Part shown: piece after piece, positions 1-11,276 of the stretch
Layout: each line of letters starts with the position of its first letter
Numbering within the stretch: position 1 is the stretch's first letter
Assembly (NCBI RefSeq): GCF_004010195.1
Contig: NC_057718.1
Span: 9,868,872-9,932,871, forward strand
Source of the DNA: Chiloscyllium plagiosum
Lineage: Eukaryota
DNA length: 64,000 nt
Direction of reading: 5' to 3'
Notes under the pieces: model-generated
What the model was told of the DNA's origin: nothing
Seen by the model: the letters and a program-made list of their open reading frames with translations, nothing else
Database searches by the model: none
Made by a program: the position numbers and the translations under genes

Positions 1-149
1 CTTTGGTGAGTTTCTGCAGTGCACCTTGTAGATAATACACACTGCTGCTACAGAGATGCTTGTGGATGCAGTGCCAATCAAGAGGGCTGCTTTGTCTTGG
101 ATGGTGTCAAGCTTCTTAAGTAGTGTCGGAGCTGCGCCCATCCAGGCAA
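1..149 (-). mobile_element. Fragment of the tRNA-headed CR1/Jockey-group LINE (3' part of ORF), cut by the window edge
   Basis: Reverse complement aligns by eye to 23235-23410 (TTGCCTGGATGG..AAGAAGCTTGACACCATCCA..CTACAAG..CAGAAA.TCACCAAAG). Confidence 0.8.
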
Positions 150-867
150 TATACACATTTGTTCATTCTCGTGTTAACTGCAGCAAAGAAGTTGTCACTG
201 CAGATCAAGGGCAGTGAATCAAGATGAACAGCAACACCTACAATTAAGGCAGTGACAGGGAAGTCAAGGTTCTGAAAACAAAAGAAAGGCAGGTGGAGCT
301 CTCTCACGGCATGGAATTCCCACCCTCTTACGTATGACGAGTTCACCCACAATCCTGGGAAAACCATTTAGCTACTGTGCAACATGCAGAAGAATGAAGC
401 TAACTTAAACTCCATTCAGAGAACAGAGTAGATTGTCCCTGTTTACATCAAGCTTTATATATTTACTTTGTTCAAGTCTGTATCAGTTTCATTTCCTTTG
501 GGCTGAAGTGCCCTTTTATTCTCCTCATCCTTATTCAATTCTTCCATCTCTTCCAAAAAAAAAGACCCACTTTTTGTCAGAAAATAGTACATTATGTTTA
601 TAGCACCAACAATTGGAGATTTTGGCAGAGAAAACGTGTGCTTTTGAAATATTAGCAGCTAACAATGACTAAGTTCTCTTTCTGCAGTCTCAAAATGGTG
701 ATCTTTGGGTGAGGTCGCCAAAAGCATCACATTTTATATAGAGTTAGATCAGTATCAGTAGATCAGTCGTCCATGCTACTATTTATGCTCCGGAACAGCT
801 CTCTCCCCTCCCTGTTTTATGTAACTCTATCAGTGTAAACTTCTATAATCAAAGAAAAGTTACTGCA

Positions 868-1350
868 AAGAGGCCAGTCAGCCCATTACCTCTGCACCTG
901 CTGAATAAACTAGCTGCCAATTCTAATCCCACTTACCTCTTGGGTTACAGCGCTTCAGTTGTGGATCCAGGTTCCTTTTACATTGGTTAAAGGCTTCTGC
1001 CTCAAACACCAGAGTGGGTGCAAATTCCACACACCTGCCCTCTGGGTGAAAAACTTTTTTGACTCCTGCACCCTCTCATCCTTCTGTTGATCATCTTAAA
1101 CTCTCCCAACCCAGCCCAGTAGGCAATCTCTCTGCTCGGGGAAACATGTCTTTCCTGTCCACTGTGCAACTCCATTATTATTTTGTGCACCTCGATTTAA
1201 GTCACTCTGCAGTCTCCTGTTGTAAGGATAATCCAATCTTTCTTCACAGTTGTAAGCGTCATGCTCTGCCAACATTGTTAAAAAAAAAAATCCCCTGTAC
1301 ACTCTACCTTGATCAATTATGTCCTTCCTGTAATGTGATGACCAGAAATG
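868..1350 (-). mobile_element. Old CR1 LINE 3' fragment
   Basis: Degenerate match to the reverse of the CR1 3' ends elsewhere in the window (gaccagaa.tgtgcgca; ctctgggtgaaaaac; ggcca.tcagccca). Confidence 0.55.
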
Positions 1351-2013
1351 TGCGCAAAACCAAGGCTGTATCTCCTTCCCTCCAAATTGTTTCCATAACG
1401 GCACTTTTTGTGATTGGATAAGGCCAGTTGCTGCCCTGTCGGTGACAACTATAGATGACCCCAGTCTGAACTCATTCTTCCCATGTGTACTTCGAACAGA
1501 GGTCACTCGATAATGCTCAGAAGTGGAAACCTTGCCTTTTTGTTCGTCCAAAACAAGTTGGCACTGTTGGAACATGGAGTCTTCCCAGTATCTGAGCTGT
1601 TGCACACCAAGCATGGTTGTCGGTTGTAGGTAAAATTGTAAGTAAGATGTGACAGTGCAATGTTAGGCTATTTAGCCCTTAATGTATGTGCTGGTGCTTC
1701 CACTCAGCCTAAAGTATTTGGAATCGATTTATTTGGGTCTGTTGCGATACATTCCCATAGCAGGTGTGACTGGAACTTGGATCTTTTGACTCAGAGGCAA
1801 GGCCTTAACACCATTTTTCTGCATCCTGCTTGATGTAAACACACTTCAAACAATCTTTGTTACTATCAATTAACACCTTGGCTTCAACAACCAACTTCTC
1901 ATCCAGAATTCCATATTTTAAATCACTGCAAGAATTTTCTTTCTCGTCAGCTCATCATATTTTTTGACTTAAATTTGTGCTCTCTTATTATCAACTTGTC
2001 AGTCACTGGAACT

Positions 2014-2574
2014 GAATCTCTACAGTGTGGAAGCAGGCCATACAGACCATTGAGTCTACACAACACCCTTTGTAGAGCATCCTACTCAGACCTACCACTC
2101 CCTATCGTATCCCTGGAACCCTGCAATTCTGGTGGCTAATCAACCCAGTCTTCACGTGCCTGACGGTAGTCATGATTTGGAGATGCCGGTGTTGGACTGG
2201 CGTGTACAAAGTTAAAAATCTCACAATACCAGGTTATAATCCAACAGGTTTAATTGGAAGCACTAGCTTTCAGAGCTCCACTCCTTCATCAGGTGGTTGT
2301 GGAAATTGTGTACTTCCAGTTAAACCTGTTGGACTGTAACGTGGTGTTGTGTGATTTTTAACTTCACATGCCTGGACATTATGGGCAATTTGCCATGGTC
2401 AATCCACCTAACCTGCACATCCTTAGATTGTGGGAGGAAACCAAAGCACCCAGAGGAAGCCCACACCAACACTGAGAATGTGCAAACTCCACACAGGCAG
2501 CTGCCTGAGGCTGGAATTGAACCCGGGTCCCTGTCTCTGTGAGGCAGCAGTGCTAACCACTGAGCCACTGTGTC
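2014..2574 (-). mobile_element. HE1-type V-SINE, interrupted by a PLE hairpin
   Basis: tRNA head with A/B boxes (TGGCTCAGTGG, GGTTCAATTCC on minus), V-domain GTGTGGAGTTTGCACATTCTC, CR1-type tail at 2014-2160. Confidence 0.9.
2169..2364 (-). mobile_element. Palindromic PLE 3'-end derivative (family B) with hammerhead motif
   Basis: Inverted arms AAGTTAAAAATC..CCAACAGGTTTAA / TTAAACCTGTTGG..GATTTTTAACTT. Minus strand 2261-2295 reads cacCTGATGAa-GGAGT-gga-GCTCT-GAAAgcTAgtg. Flanks ttcacgtgcctgac / ttcacatgcctggac resemble a TSD. Confidence 0.8.
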
Positions 2575-2689
2575 ATTGAATTTCTCAACTTATTGGTCAC
2601 ATCTTTCTTAGAGCTGTTTGTTGGGATGGTCAAAGTGTGGGTTGCATGGTAGTAATGGAATACTCATCAAAAGGTTGAGGTGATTTGTG

Positions 2690-2935
2690 TCGGTGAGCTG
2701 TTGAGTCTGAAATAGAATTGTTTGGAAAGACTGTTTGGAACTGTGTTCTCAAACAGCAGTAGAAGCAGAGTCTTTGAATGTTTTTGAGACTGAGGTTATT
2801 GATAAGCGAGAGAGGGAGGGGTTATCGGGATAGTGGGTATGTGATGTAATTAGGTCAGCCATGATCTTAGTAAATGGCGAGGCAGGCTCGAGGGGCCAAG
2901 TGGCCTACTCCTTTTCCTGATTGATATGCTTTTAT
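2690..2935 (+). mobile_element. Old CR1 3' end
   Basis: tggaac..ctc.aacagcagtagaagcaga..tcagccatgatct..aatggcgaggcaggctcgaggggccaagtggcctactcct, a CR1 3'UTR pattern. Confidence 0.7.
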
Positions 2936-3262
2936 GAGGGATTTGTGTTGCCCTTGTAAAGAATGTCAGAATGGCTTGGTGGAAGTGTTAATAGATTTAT
3001 GAGTTGATTTCCGGTGACCCTACCAGTAGTGCAAGTCAACAGCTGTGGTTACTCCAGGTGCTATTATGATGATGAACCTTGACTTCTTCACCTCTTGTCC
3101 ATCTGAACAGACGGACATGATTTATCTAACACAAAGGGAGGACCCTGAAGGAGGTGACACACTTATATTCTCGGTAGTCAATTTGAATTTGCCCGGGATA
3201 GTTAAATTAACAGTAAAATTAAGAATAGTTAAAATAGGTGATCTGCTGTTTTGTCAAGTGGA

Positions 3263-3595
3263 GTTCTTTTTATTTCATTCATGGGATGAGGGCATTGCTG
3301 GCTTGGCCAGCATTTATTACCCTTCCCAATTCCCAGGAGGCAGTTAAGAGTCAACCATGTCACTGTTGTCTGGAGTCACATGTGGGCCAGACCAGGTAAG
3401 GATCACAGTTTCCTTGTCTAAAGCACATTAGTAAACCAGATGGGTTTTTCCACCATTCTACAATGGATTCGTGGTCATCATTAGACTCTTAATCCCAGAT
3501 TTTTAATGGATTGGCAGGAATTGAACTGGGTCCCCAGAATGTTACCTAAGTGTTTAGATTAACGGTCCAGCGATGATACCACTGGGCCGTTGCAT
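3263..3595 (-). mobile_element. Bipartite tRNA-headed SINE (5' head plus 3' tail of the LINE at 20617-23706)
   Basis: Reverse complement matches 20630-20900 and then the LINE tail 23635-23700. Confidence 0.8.
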
Positions 3596-4352
3596 ATCCT
3601 TTGTTAGTTAGCGTCGATTTGAAATATTGCAGCATAGGCTACAGAATGGTTCATTTGTCAGAGACTACCTCCACTGGTGAGCTCGAGGTGAAGTCTGAGC
3701 CCTTACTGGCCAGGATTTGAACCCTGTCCCAGCCTCTGCCTAGTCTGCTGAACCAGTGACTGCAGGTCTCTTGCTTAAGTGGGTGTTTATCTCGATGGCA
3801 TCATCCTCGTGGTCCCAGTTGCTGCATGACCAGGCACAAAAATACACTCATCACCTGTCAGCCAGAACTTGAGAAGAGTTCAGGTGCTCTGAGGAGGAAA
3901 GGAGGAGGTTAAAAGTATTGATTTCTTCCTTAGTAAAAAAATGTCTTTTGTAAATACTGTTTTTGTTGTAGGCTTGTGGAGGAATCCTCTGGCAGTAACT
4001 CTGAAACATACACCTCCATTACCTAAATAATAGTTTGCATGTATTGTAAACACTATAATCCCTTTAGTGTGTGAGCTGAAACTTGTAACTGTGTTCTATC
4101 CAGCAGCTGACTGGGTGGCAAGGATTCCTCACCTTGGTTTTTTTCTTCTTCCCTGATTCTGGAAGCAGTCGTAGGTCCTTACAAAAAAAAATTTAATCCA
4201 TGAGGGAAAGGGGTAAAGAAGCTGGAAAATCTGAGTTGCCCAAAGATAGTGCTGCAAAGGTACACATTCAGCAGCATTGGAAAAGAGGAAGGGGGAGGTA
4301 ACTGATGTGATTTCAAGGAGTCCCATCATCACATATCCCTGGGTGACTAGAC

Positions 4353-4688
4353 CAGTGGTTTCCCACCTTTTCAGTATCGAGGCACATTTCAACAGGCTAA
4401 ACAATTCCATGGTGCACCCACTTTTTTGAACTGAATTGATGTGATTGTTCACGCATATGCAGTGCCAAAACTCCAGATACACAGATTTGGAAGTCTACTT
4501 ATGCAGGACTCTGGAGGCTTGAGTGTGCGCAGTCGGCAGGAGCACCTGGTGCCCACAGATAATGCCTTGAGTAATAGACACAGAGGCTCCATCGTGATCA
4601 GAAGCATGGACACTGTCTCAATGCTGCTTCCCGAACATTTCACAGCACACTTCACACTATGTCATGGCAACCCAGTAGAAAGGCGCTT
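4353..4688. mobile_element. hAT (Charlie-like) non-autonomous DNA transposon
   Basis: Left end CAGTGGTTTCCCACCTTTT, degenerate right end, 8-bp TSD GACTAGAC (4345-4352) / AACTAGAC (4689-4696) with the CTAG core typical of Charlie targets. Confidence 0.6.
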
Positions 4689-4699
4689 AACTAGACAGT

Positions 4700-5240
4700 T
4701 GTTCGACCTCAGCTGGAGTATTGTGTACAGCTGTGGGTGCCACATTATAGGAAGGATGTGAAGACGTTAGAGAGAGTGCAGATGTGATTCACAAGAATGG
4801 TTCCAGGAATGAGAAACCTCCGTTTTAAGGATAGATTGGAAAAAGTTGGGACTGTTCTCTTTGGAGGGAAGAAGGCTGAGAGGGGCTATGAAAGACACTT
4901 TCAAAATCATGAGTGGGCTTGACACAGGGAGAAACTGTTCCCGGTTGGTAGAAGGATCAAGAGTGAGAGGGCGTAAATTTAAAAGTGGATTAGCAAAAGG
5001 AACAAATGTGATAGGAGAGAGAACTTTTTCACTCAGCGAGTAGTCAGGGTATGGAATGTGCTGCCTGAAAATGTGGTGGAGGCAGATTCAGTGAGGCATT
5101 CAAAAGAGCTTTGGATGATTATATGGATAGAAATAATATGTAAAGTCATGGGGGACAAACCACGAGATCAGCAGTAGGTAATGATGCTCATGAAGCAGCA
5201 ATCATGATGGGCTGAAAAACCTCCTTCTGTGCTTTAACAT
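4700..5240 (+). mobile_element. CR1 LINE 3' fragment
   Basis: ORF 4846-5043 GLFSLEGRRLRG..FKIMSGLD is the CR1 ORF2 C-terminus. Confidence 0.85.
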
Positions 5241-5816
5241 CGCTGTTCATTGTGTTAACTAGGCATGAGCAGCAGGCTTTGTCACCATCAGCTACATCAC
5301 TCAAAGAGAAGGATTGGCTTGCATTCCTAAAATGTCAGTCTGCCTTCCTCTCAACCCTTATTTTGCTGTTTGTGGCCTGTGTGACTGTCTCCTGCCTGAA
5401 GTACCCCTTTTTCCACCTGGTGCTATGGTTACAGCATTGTCATAATGTCGAGGCTGAATCTCTGTCTGCACCTAGTTCTCAATGCTGGCTTGGCAAGGGT
5501 TACTTGGATGTTTACTAGATTGTAGTCGATGATGGCCTTTAAGTTCTGTTTTCCTCTTGAATTTAAAAATTGCCATGAGCTTACTACTTCCGCCCCACCT
5601 CTTAAATCTCCTGCACCCTTCCCCAAACAAGATATCTGTTATCCTTCCTATACTGACACTGGGCCTATGTCCTCCACTGACTTTACTACTGCATTGTTGA
5701 CTGTGTTTCAACTACTTAAACTGATTCCCTTTCCATGCCCCCTCTTTCCTCCTGTTTTGTTATTCTTTGAAATCTGCCTCTTTGACCAAGCTTTTGGTCA
5801 CTGACCCTAATGGCTC

Positions 5817-6036
5817 GAAAGTGAGGACTGCTGATGCTGGAGATCAGAGCTGAAAATGTGTTGCTGGAAAAGCGCAGCAGGTCAGGCAGCATCCAAGGAA
5901 CAGGAGAATCGACGTTTTGGGCATAAGCCCGAAGAAGGGCTTCCTGAAGAAGGGCTTATGCCCGAAACGTCGATTCTCCTGTTCCTTGGATGCTGCCTGA
6001 CCTGCTGCGCTTTTCCAGCAACACATTTTCAGTTTC
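5817..6036. mobile_element. Palindromic PLE 3'-end derivative (family A) with hammerhead motif and 14-bp TSD
   Basis: ~80-bp near-perfect inverted arms. TSD GACCCTAATGGCTC at 5803-5816 and 6037-6050. Arms are near-identical to the PLE end at 32190-32318. Confidence 0.9.
5941..5974 (+). ncRNA. Minimal type I hammerhead ribozyme motif (PLE family A)
   Basis: CTGAAGA(5944-5950)-a-GGGC ttat GCCC-GAAA-cg-TC. Palindromic ACGT stem III; stem I only ~2 bp. Confidence 0.65.
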
Positions 6037-6074
6037 GACCCTAATGGCTCCTTTAGTTCAATGACTACTTTCTC

Positions 6075-6263
6075 CAAAGTTAGAAATCACAGAACGCCAG
6101 GTTATAGTCCAACAGGTTGAATTGGAAGCACTAGCCAACCACCTGATGAAGGAGCGACGCTCCGAAAGCTAGTGCTTCCAATTCAACCTGTTGGACTATA
6201 ACCTGGTGTTGTGTGATTTTTAACTTTGTACACCCCAGTCCAACCCTGGCATCTCCAAATCAT
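6075..6263 (+). mobile_element. Palindromic PLE 3'-end derivative (family B)
   Basis: Inverted arms of ~60 bp around a hammerhead, ending CCAAATCAT; same family as 2169-2364 and 57059-57210. Confidence 0.85.
6140..6174 (+). ncRNA. Minimal type I hammerhead ribozyme motif (PLE family B)
   Basis: CAC-CTGATGA-a-GGAGC gac GCTCC-GAAA-gc-TA-GTG. Full core, 5-bp stem II, 3-bp stem I, palindromic AGCT stem III. Confidence 0.8.
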
Positions 6264-7054
6264 GACTTTTTTTTTTCAAATGGATTACACTCCTATGAAG
6301 TGTTTTGAGACATTATGCTGTAGAAATATAATTTGTTGTTTGAGCGCCCAGATAGCTACACTTGCCACACTGAGGACTGCAATCACTGCTATGATTCAGC
6401 AAAGCTGCTGCACTCTGGGGAAGGCATTGATTGATGAGGGTCCACAATTGGATGGCAGGCTGTTGGCCTTGCTTAAATGGAAATGCTTCTCATATTGGGC
6501 AATCAGCAGTTGACATTGTGCTTTACCTCAAGTGAGGTTCAAAGAGACAAGTCCCTGCATTGTACAGATATCTAGCATTTCTATAGCAAGTGCTCACCAA
6601 ATTCACAGCCCAATCAATAATTCTTACTGATCCACTGATCCAAGCTTTGGGTATTATGGAAGTTTTTGCTTCTGGCCAGGCAGAGATCGATGAATTTAAC
6701 AGTTGTTGTTTCACTGCTGCATAGTGAGTGATTTAATTGTTTACCATGGTGTGAGGAACCACCATGGTTGACAATCACAGCAGAACCATCATTTTCGGGT
6801 GAATATTTTGGGGTAGAATTGGCACTGCAGTCTAAACTACTTCAAGATACCTCTGGAAAGGGGACCAGTATACTTCACAGGCATTGGCGGACAGAATGGA
6901 ACCATGAATTGCCGTTCAGTTGAAGTTTCCTTGTATCATTTCATTTGACTTATGCCCTTAGTTGCACCCCCTTCAAAAGGGGTCTCCTTTACTGGGTTTT
7001 CAGTTGCTGTCGCTAGGGGGCAATCCAGGGTGTGTATTGGTTAAACTGCCAGCC

Positions 7055-7330
7055 GTCGCTCAGTTGGTGGCATGGCCACAGCTGAATCAGGTCGTCTCTC
7101 TTCAATGAGTGAGCGCCTCTATCATCTGGGAAGACTATGGCGACTTTACCTTGTTTATTCCTCAACGTTACAAAAATTGCTGATTATGGGAGCTTGCTGT
7201 GCACTAATTGCTACATTTCCTTCACTGCAGCAATGACTTCACTTAAGGTAAAGTGGTTCATTGGTTAGAAGGTACTTTGATACATATTGTGTTTGGGAAA
7301 AGCGCGATACAAATTCAAATCTTACTTTTC
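7055..7330 (+). mobile_element. Degenerate DeuSINE (SacSINE1/AmnSINE-like)
   Basis: gggagcttgctgtgcac.aattg.ct..tttcct..cattggt..aaaagcgcgatacaaat tail. Confidence 0.55.
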
Positions 7331-7743
7331 TTTTGAGAAAGTTACAAAAACAACATTTTGTTTTTGTTTGGATAGGTGATAAAGTTTTAAAATTGTAATA
7401 CTTGAAGGGCAGTTTGTTCCAGATTAGTCCATTTAACTGATCTGCTTCAGCCCAGATTCCCAGTTTTCAATCTGTACAACTGCATGAATGAGGTGATGGG
7501 AAAACTGTAACAGCAGCAGCCTGTGAACTGATCCTTTAACCAGCCTTGCTTTATGTTTATATGGTTCAAAACAAACCTGAAACAAGTGGCTTTTGTATTT
7601 TAAATGGACATTTTAAACCCAATTAATTTCTGTTATCAGTGTTTAATATTGACTGAGACCACAGCGACTTAGATTAATAACCGTTTAAATCAAACAAAGG
7701 GAATAAAGGGGGTGCTAAACTGTGTGTTGAGCATTGAACATTA

Positions 7744-8070
7744 AGCCCTACATTGCGGAAGTAGGCCATTTGGTCCATTGCGTCCGCATTGGCCCTCAGA
7801 ACATGCCACATAGCCCTCAAATCCCCATAACCCCACATCAATTATAGCTAACCCACCCAACCTACATATCCCTGGGCACTGTGGGCAGTTTAGCATGGCC
7901 AATCCACCTATCCTGCAATTCTTTGGACTGGGAGGAAACTGGAACACCTGGAAGAAACTCTCTCAAACACAGGGAGAACATGCAAACTCTACACAGTCAC
8001 CTAAGGTTGGAATTGAACCAGGGTCCCTGGTGCCGTGAGGCAGCAGTGCACACCACTGATCCACCATGTT
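7744..8070 (-). mobile_element. HE1-type SINE
   Basis: Same head, V-domain and tail as the other HE1 copies. Confidence 0.9.
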
Positions 8071-8579
8071 TCCCTGGCTATAGTTACCCTCACAGCATTA
8101 GACAAGTCTGTTGCTAATTAATCAGATGGCTAAACTGGAGTCTTGAGTATTTATAATTATTGTATTGTGCAGTGCCTGAATCCCAGCTTGGCAGTTCTTT
8201 GTTTTATATCACATTATAAACTCTTAAAATGATTATTAGAGTACCTAAAAACGCAATCATGATTATTCAGCAAGTGCACCTCAGTTGCAGAATCCCATCT
8301 AACAGACTTCTTTTTGGCTTTACAAAAAGAAAAAAGAACTTAATAGATGGCATGAAATAAGTTGGGAGGAAGTTCATGTGGAGTATAAATACCCACGTAA
8401 TGTATTAGGCCAGCTGATCGGTTCCTGCTGTGAATTCAGTGTCATTCAGAGATTCGTGAATATAATCTTCATTCATCCCTTCGGTTCCTTAGGCCACCTT
8501 TTAAAGAAGCTGTATTCAACAGTATTCTCCCAGCAATTGCACAACTCAGCATTTTCTCTCGAACATGAGCTTGGAATAA

Positions 8580-8960
8580 AAAGAAAGACTCTTGCTTTTT
8601 GTATCACCTTTCCCAACCAGTGAATGTCTCAAAGCCCTTTGCAGGCAATGAAGTCACTGCCATTTAATGGCCAATTTTCACACAGCAACCCTCCCAAAAA
8701 CTGCGATGTGATAATGATCAGAATTTGTTTCTCAGAACCTTGATAGAGGATAAATTTTCTGGTCAGATTGCATGTAACTTCCATACTCTCTTCCTCAAAG
8801 TGGTGCAGTGGAGTCTTTTACATGGTTTAATGTCCCAATTCGCAAAATGGCACACCCAATAGTGCAACATGCACACAGTACCATGCCAGAGTGTCACCCT
8901 TAATTCTTGCAGTGGAACTTGAACCCACACTCTGCTGGTGCTGCTTATCTAGCCACAGCA
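8580..8960 (-). mobile_element. Degenerate DeuSINE
   Basis: Reverse of the 17150-17478 pattern (aaagaaagact.ttgc..; aatggccaatttt.cacacagcaa; ggaacttgaacccac B box). Confidence 0.65.
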
Positions 8961-10535
8961 GGGTAGGGGGGAAATTTGGCTAGGCCCTCACTGTTTAAAA
9001 TGATCCAATAACTTCTATTAGAGTATATGCATGAATGGGTGGCTGGTTAAGGACTGGATTAGGTTCCATTGTGATGCCCTTCACAATTTAATAGGTTCCT
9101 AATGCTCACTACCCAAGCTGCTACATGAAGGGCAGTTGCTTAGAGTAAGGGATTTAGTGGCTAATCTTTGTCTTTATAATAGTTCCAGCATGAATGACCA
9201 GCTTCGCAGAAATGAACCTCAGAAAGTATGAAATGGGCAGGTGGTAAGCAAATGGAATTTTTAGAAGTTTGAGGTTTGTGTAACATTACTGACCACCATT
9301 GTACAGGTTGTGTAAAGGATTTCTTCGGATACAAAGTCAGTTTAAAATGTTTAGCTGGAGTACAATGATCCCTTTATGCATCCATAGTCAAGGTAGCTTA
9401 ATAGAAGACATTGGAATCAGTCTCTGTCTTTACACTAATAATACTAACATCGACCTATATCTCACATTCACAGTAAAACATTGAGTATTTAACATTGAGC
9501 ATTGGGTATTTGGGCAGATCACTGAAAACCTGATCAAAGGTTGGTTATAATGTGATTTTAGAAGAGGAGAGTGAGGCAAGCATTTAGTCTGATATTGGAT
9601 CTTTGAGGGTCAGGGAAAATGAGTCACCTTTGAACCAGTGTCAAAAACTACATTGATTTCCAGTTTTGCTTTATTGTATCTAAGTTTTAACTGTTTTTCA
9701 ATGAGTCAGCAACATTGAGTCTTAATATAGACAAATGCCATTGCAGCTGTGATGTCAAAGTTTCACTGCTGAATGAGCAGACCTTATAAGGTAGCAGAAG
9801 GTCATGGATACCTGCATACTGAAGGAACTGACAGCATCTGGCACTTATTTCAAGCATAGACAAAACAGATTGTGCCGCTTGACAGAGTTGGGATAAGTTC
9901 TGAGTATGATAAAGTGCAGAGGGAAGTGAGATAAAGTATAGAGGATGGAGGTGGCAAGGTAATGAGCAAATCAGCTGAATGTTCTGCATTGGTATAGAAA
10001 TAGTGGCAGAATGAAATATATGGACTTGTGGGAGAAGAGAGTACGAGTGGAATCATATGGGCTCAAGGGAATCTGAAGAGTTCTGAAAAAGAGTCCCATT
10101 TCTGTCTCCATAGATGCTGCTTGACCTACTGATCTTTTCCAGCATTTACGGTGTTTTTGCAAAAACAGAGTGGAGTCAGGCCGAAATGCGATTTGAAAAC
10201 TAGGATGATCTCTTAGCTGTCTGCACACTGAGGAATAGATGCTGGAAAGTATTAGCATGAATATGATAGGCACTGGGAGGTGATGCTTCAGATAGAGTAA
10301 ACCTCCAGGGAACTCAGAGGAATCTTGGAGCAATCAGACCTGGAAGTGGAGTGTCGATTTTTTTTTTTGTGTCAAATGTGACGTGGACAGAGTAGTTTTA
10401 GTGATGGATTGTTTATGGATGTGATGGGGGTCAGCTGCAGATTGAATGGGACACTAAGATTTCACATTGCTGGGTGCAGCTTGTCTGGGGAGCCAGGAAG
10501 AAGGTTGCATTGTGATAGGTCGGCTAAGACATAAT

Positions 10536-11276
10536 GGCCTTGATTTTACCAACCCCTAAGTGGCACTAACACAGATGTTAAGGCCAGTTAGTTCACAGGG
10601 AACTATACCATGACTGCCTTCCTGCTGAATTCCTGTGCCAAGCGGATTTTCCAGCAGCAGGCAGGAGACAAGGTTGGATTGCCCACTCCATGGAGATTGG
10701 CAATGCATTTGTATAAGGCCCCCATTAAGGGACATCAAGCTGACAGCCAGTATTTTGTCATTAGTATGGGGGGGGGGGCAAGCCTCATGCCATGGTGGGT
10801 GGGATGGCCACCAGCATGATGGAGCTGGCACAGAAGGTTGGGGCACAGTGATTCATCCGAGCTGGAGGTAAGATCTCCACAAAGCAGCAGGCACCTGTGG
10901 TACCAATAATCCACCTCCAAAGGATTTCCCTGTAATTGGAAGGGCCAATTGATCTTGACCATTGCCAAGTAGAAAATAATTGATTCACAATCTCCACATT
11001 GAGGCATCCAGACTATTTCAGAAACCTGTCTGAGCCCACCTCTTCAGCTGTCCAAGTGCTGGAAGTCTGTGACCTCTGATTGGGGTGACTGCAGTAAGAG
11101 CCTGCCTGCCATCTTTGCTTTAGATGGACAAGTCTAAGGTGACAATTTGAAGGTTGCCTGCAGTAAAACTGTCAAATCGCCATCACTGCTGAGGGCCAAT
11201 TTCAGCCTAGCATTTCTGGTGGAAACTGAGCAGGATAACTGCTCTTTCTATTGCTGGGCTGCAGGAAATTCTGGCC
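10536..11276. mobile_element. Possible PIF/Harbinger-like MITE remnant
   Basis: Imperfect terminal inverted repeats GGCCTTGATTTTACC / GGAAATTCTGGCC enclosing a GC-richer interior. Confidence 0.35.

Larger units (their letters stand above)
5270..6340 (+). mobile_element. Degenerate L2-like 3' region hosting two PLE hairpins
   Basis: cctctttgaccaagcttttggtcac..tgaagtgttttgagacatt..tgttgt; similar to 36610-36930. Confidence 0.5.

Noticed and set aside
1096..1614. 172-aa minus ORF
   Set aside because: Half overlaps a decayed CR1; no recognisable domain or splice context.
1653..1675. CAGTGCAATGTTA resembling the 5' end of miR-130
   Set aside because: The 3' half does not match and no hairpin is apparent.
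2320..2568. Recurrent MAQWLALLPH / MWSLHILPV ORFs
   Set aside because: Translations of HE1 SINEs.
5844..6077. ORFs starting MCCWKSAAGQAASKEQENRRFG on both strands (also 36383, 57347)
   Set aside because: Translation artefacts of the palindromic PLE tail, not a protein family.
6736..6775. Small hairpin ACCATGGTG-N8-CACCATGGT
   Set aside because: A 9-bp stem built on a self-palindromic word; plausible by chance.
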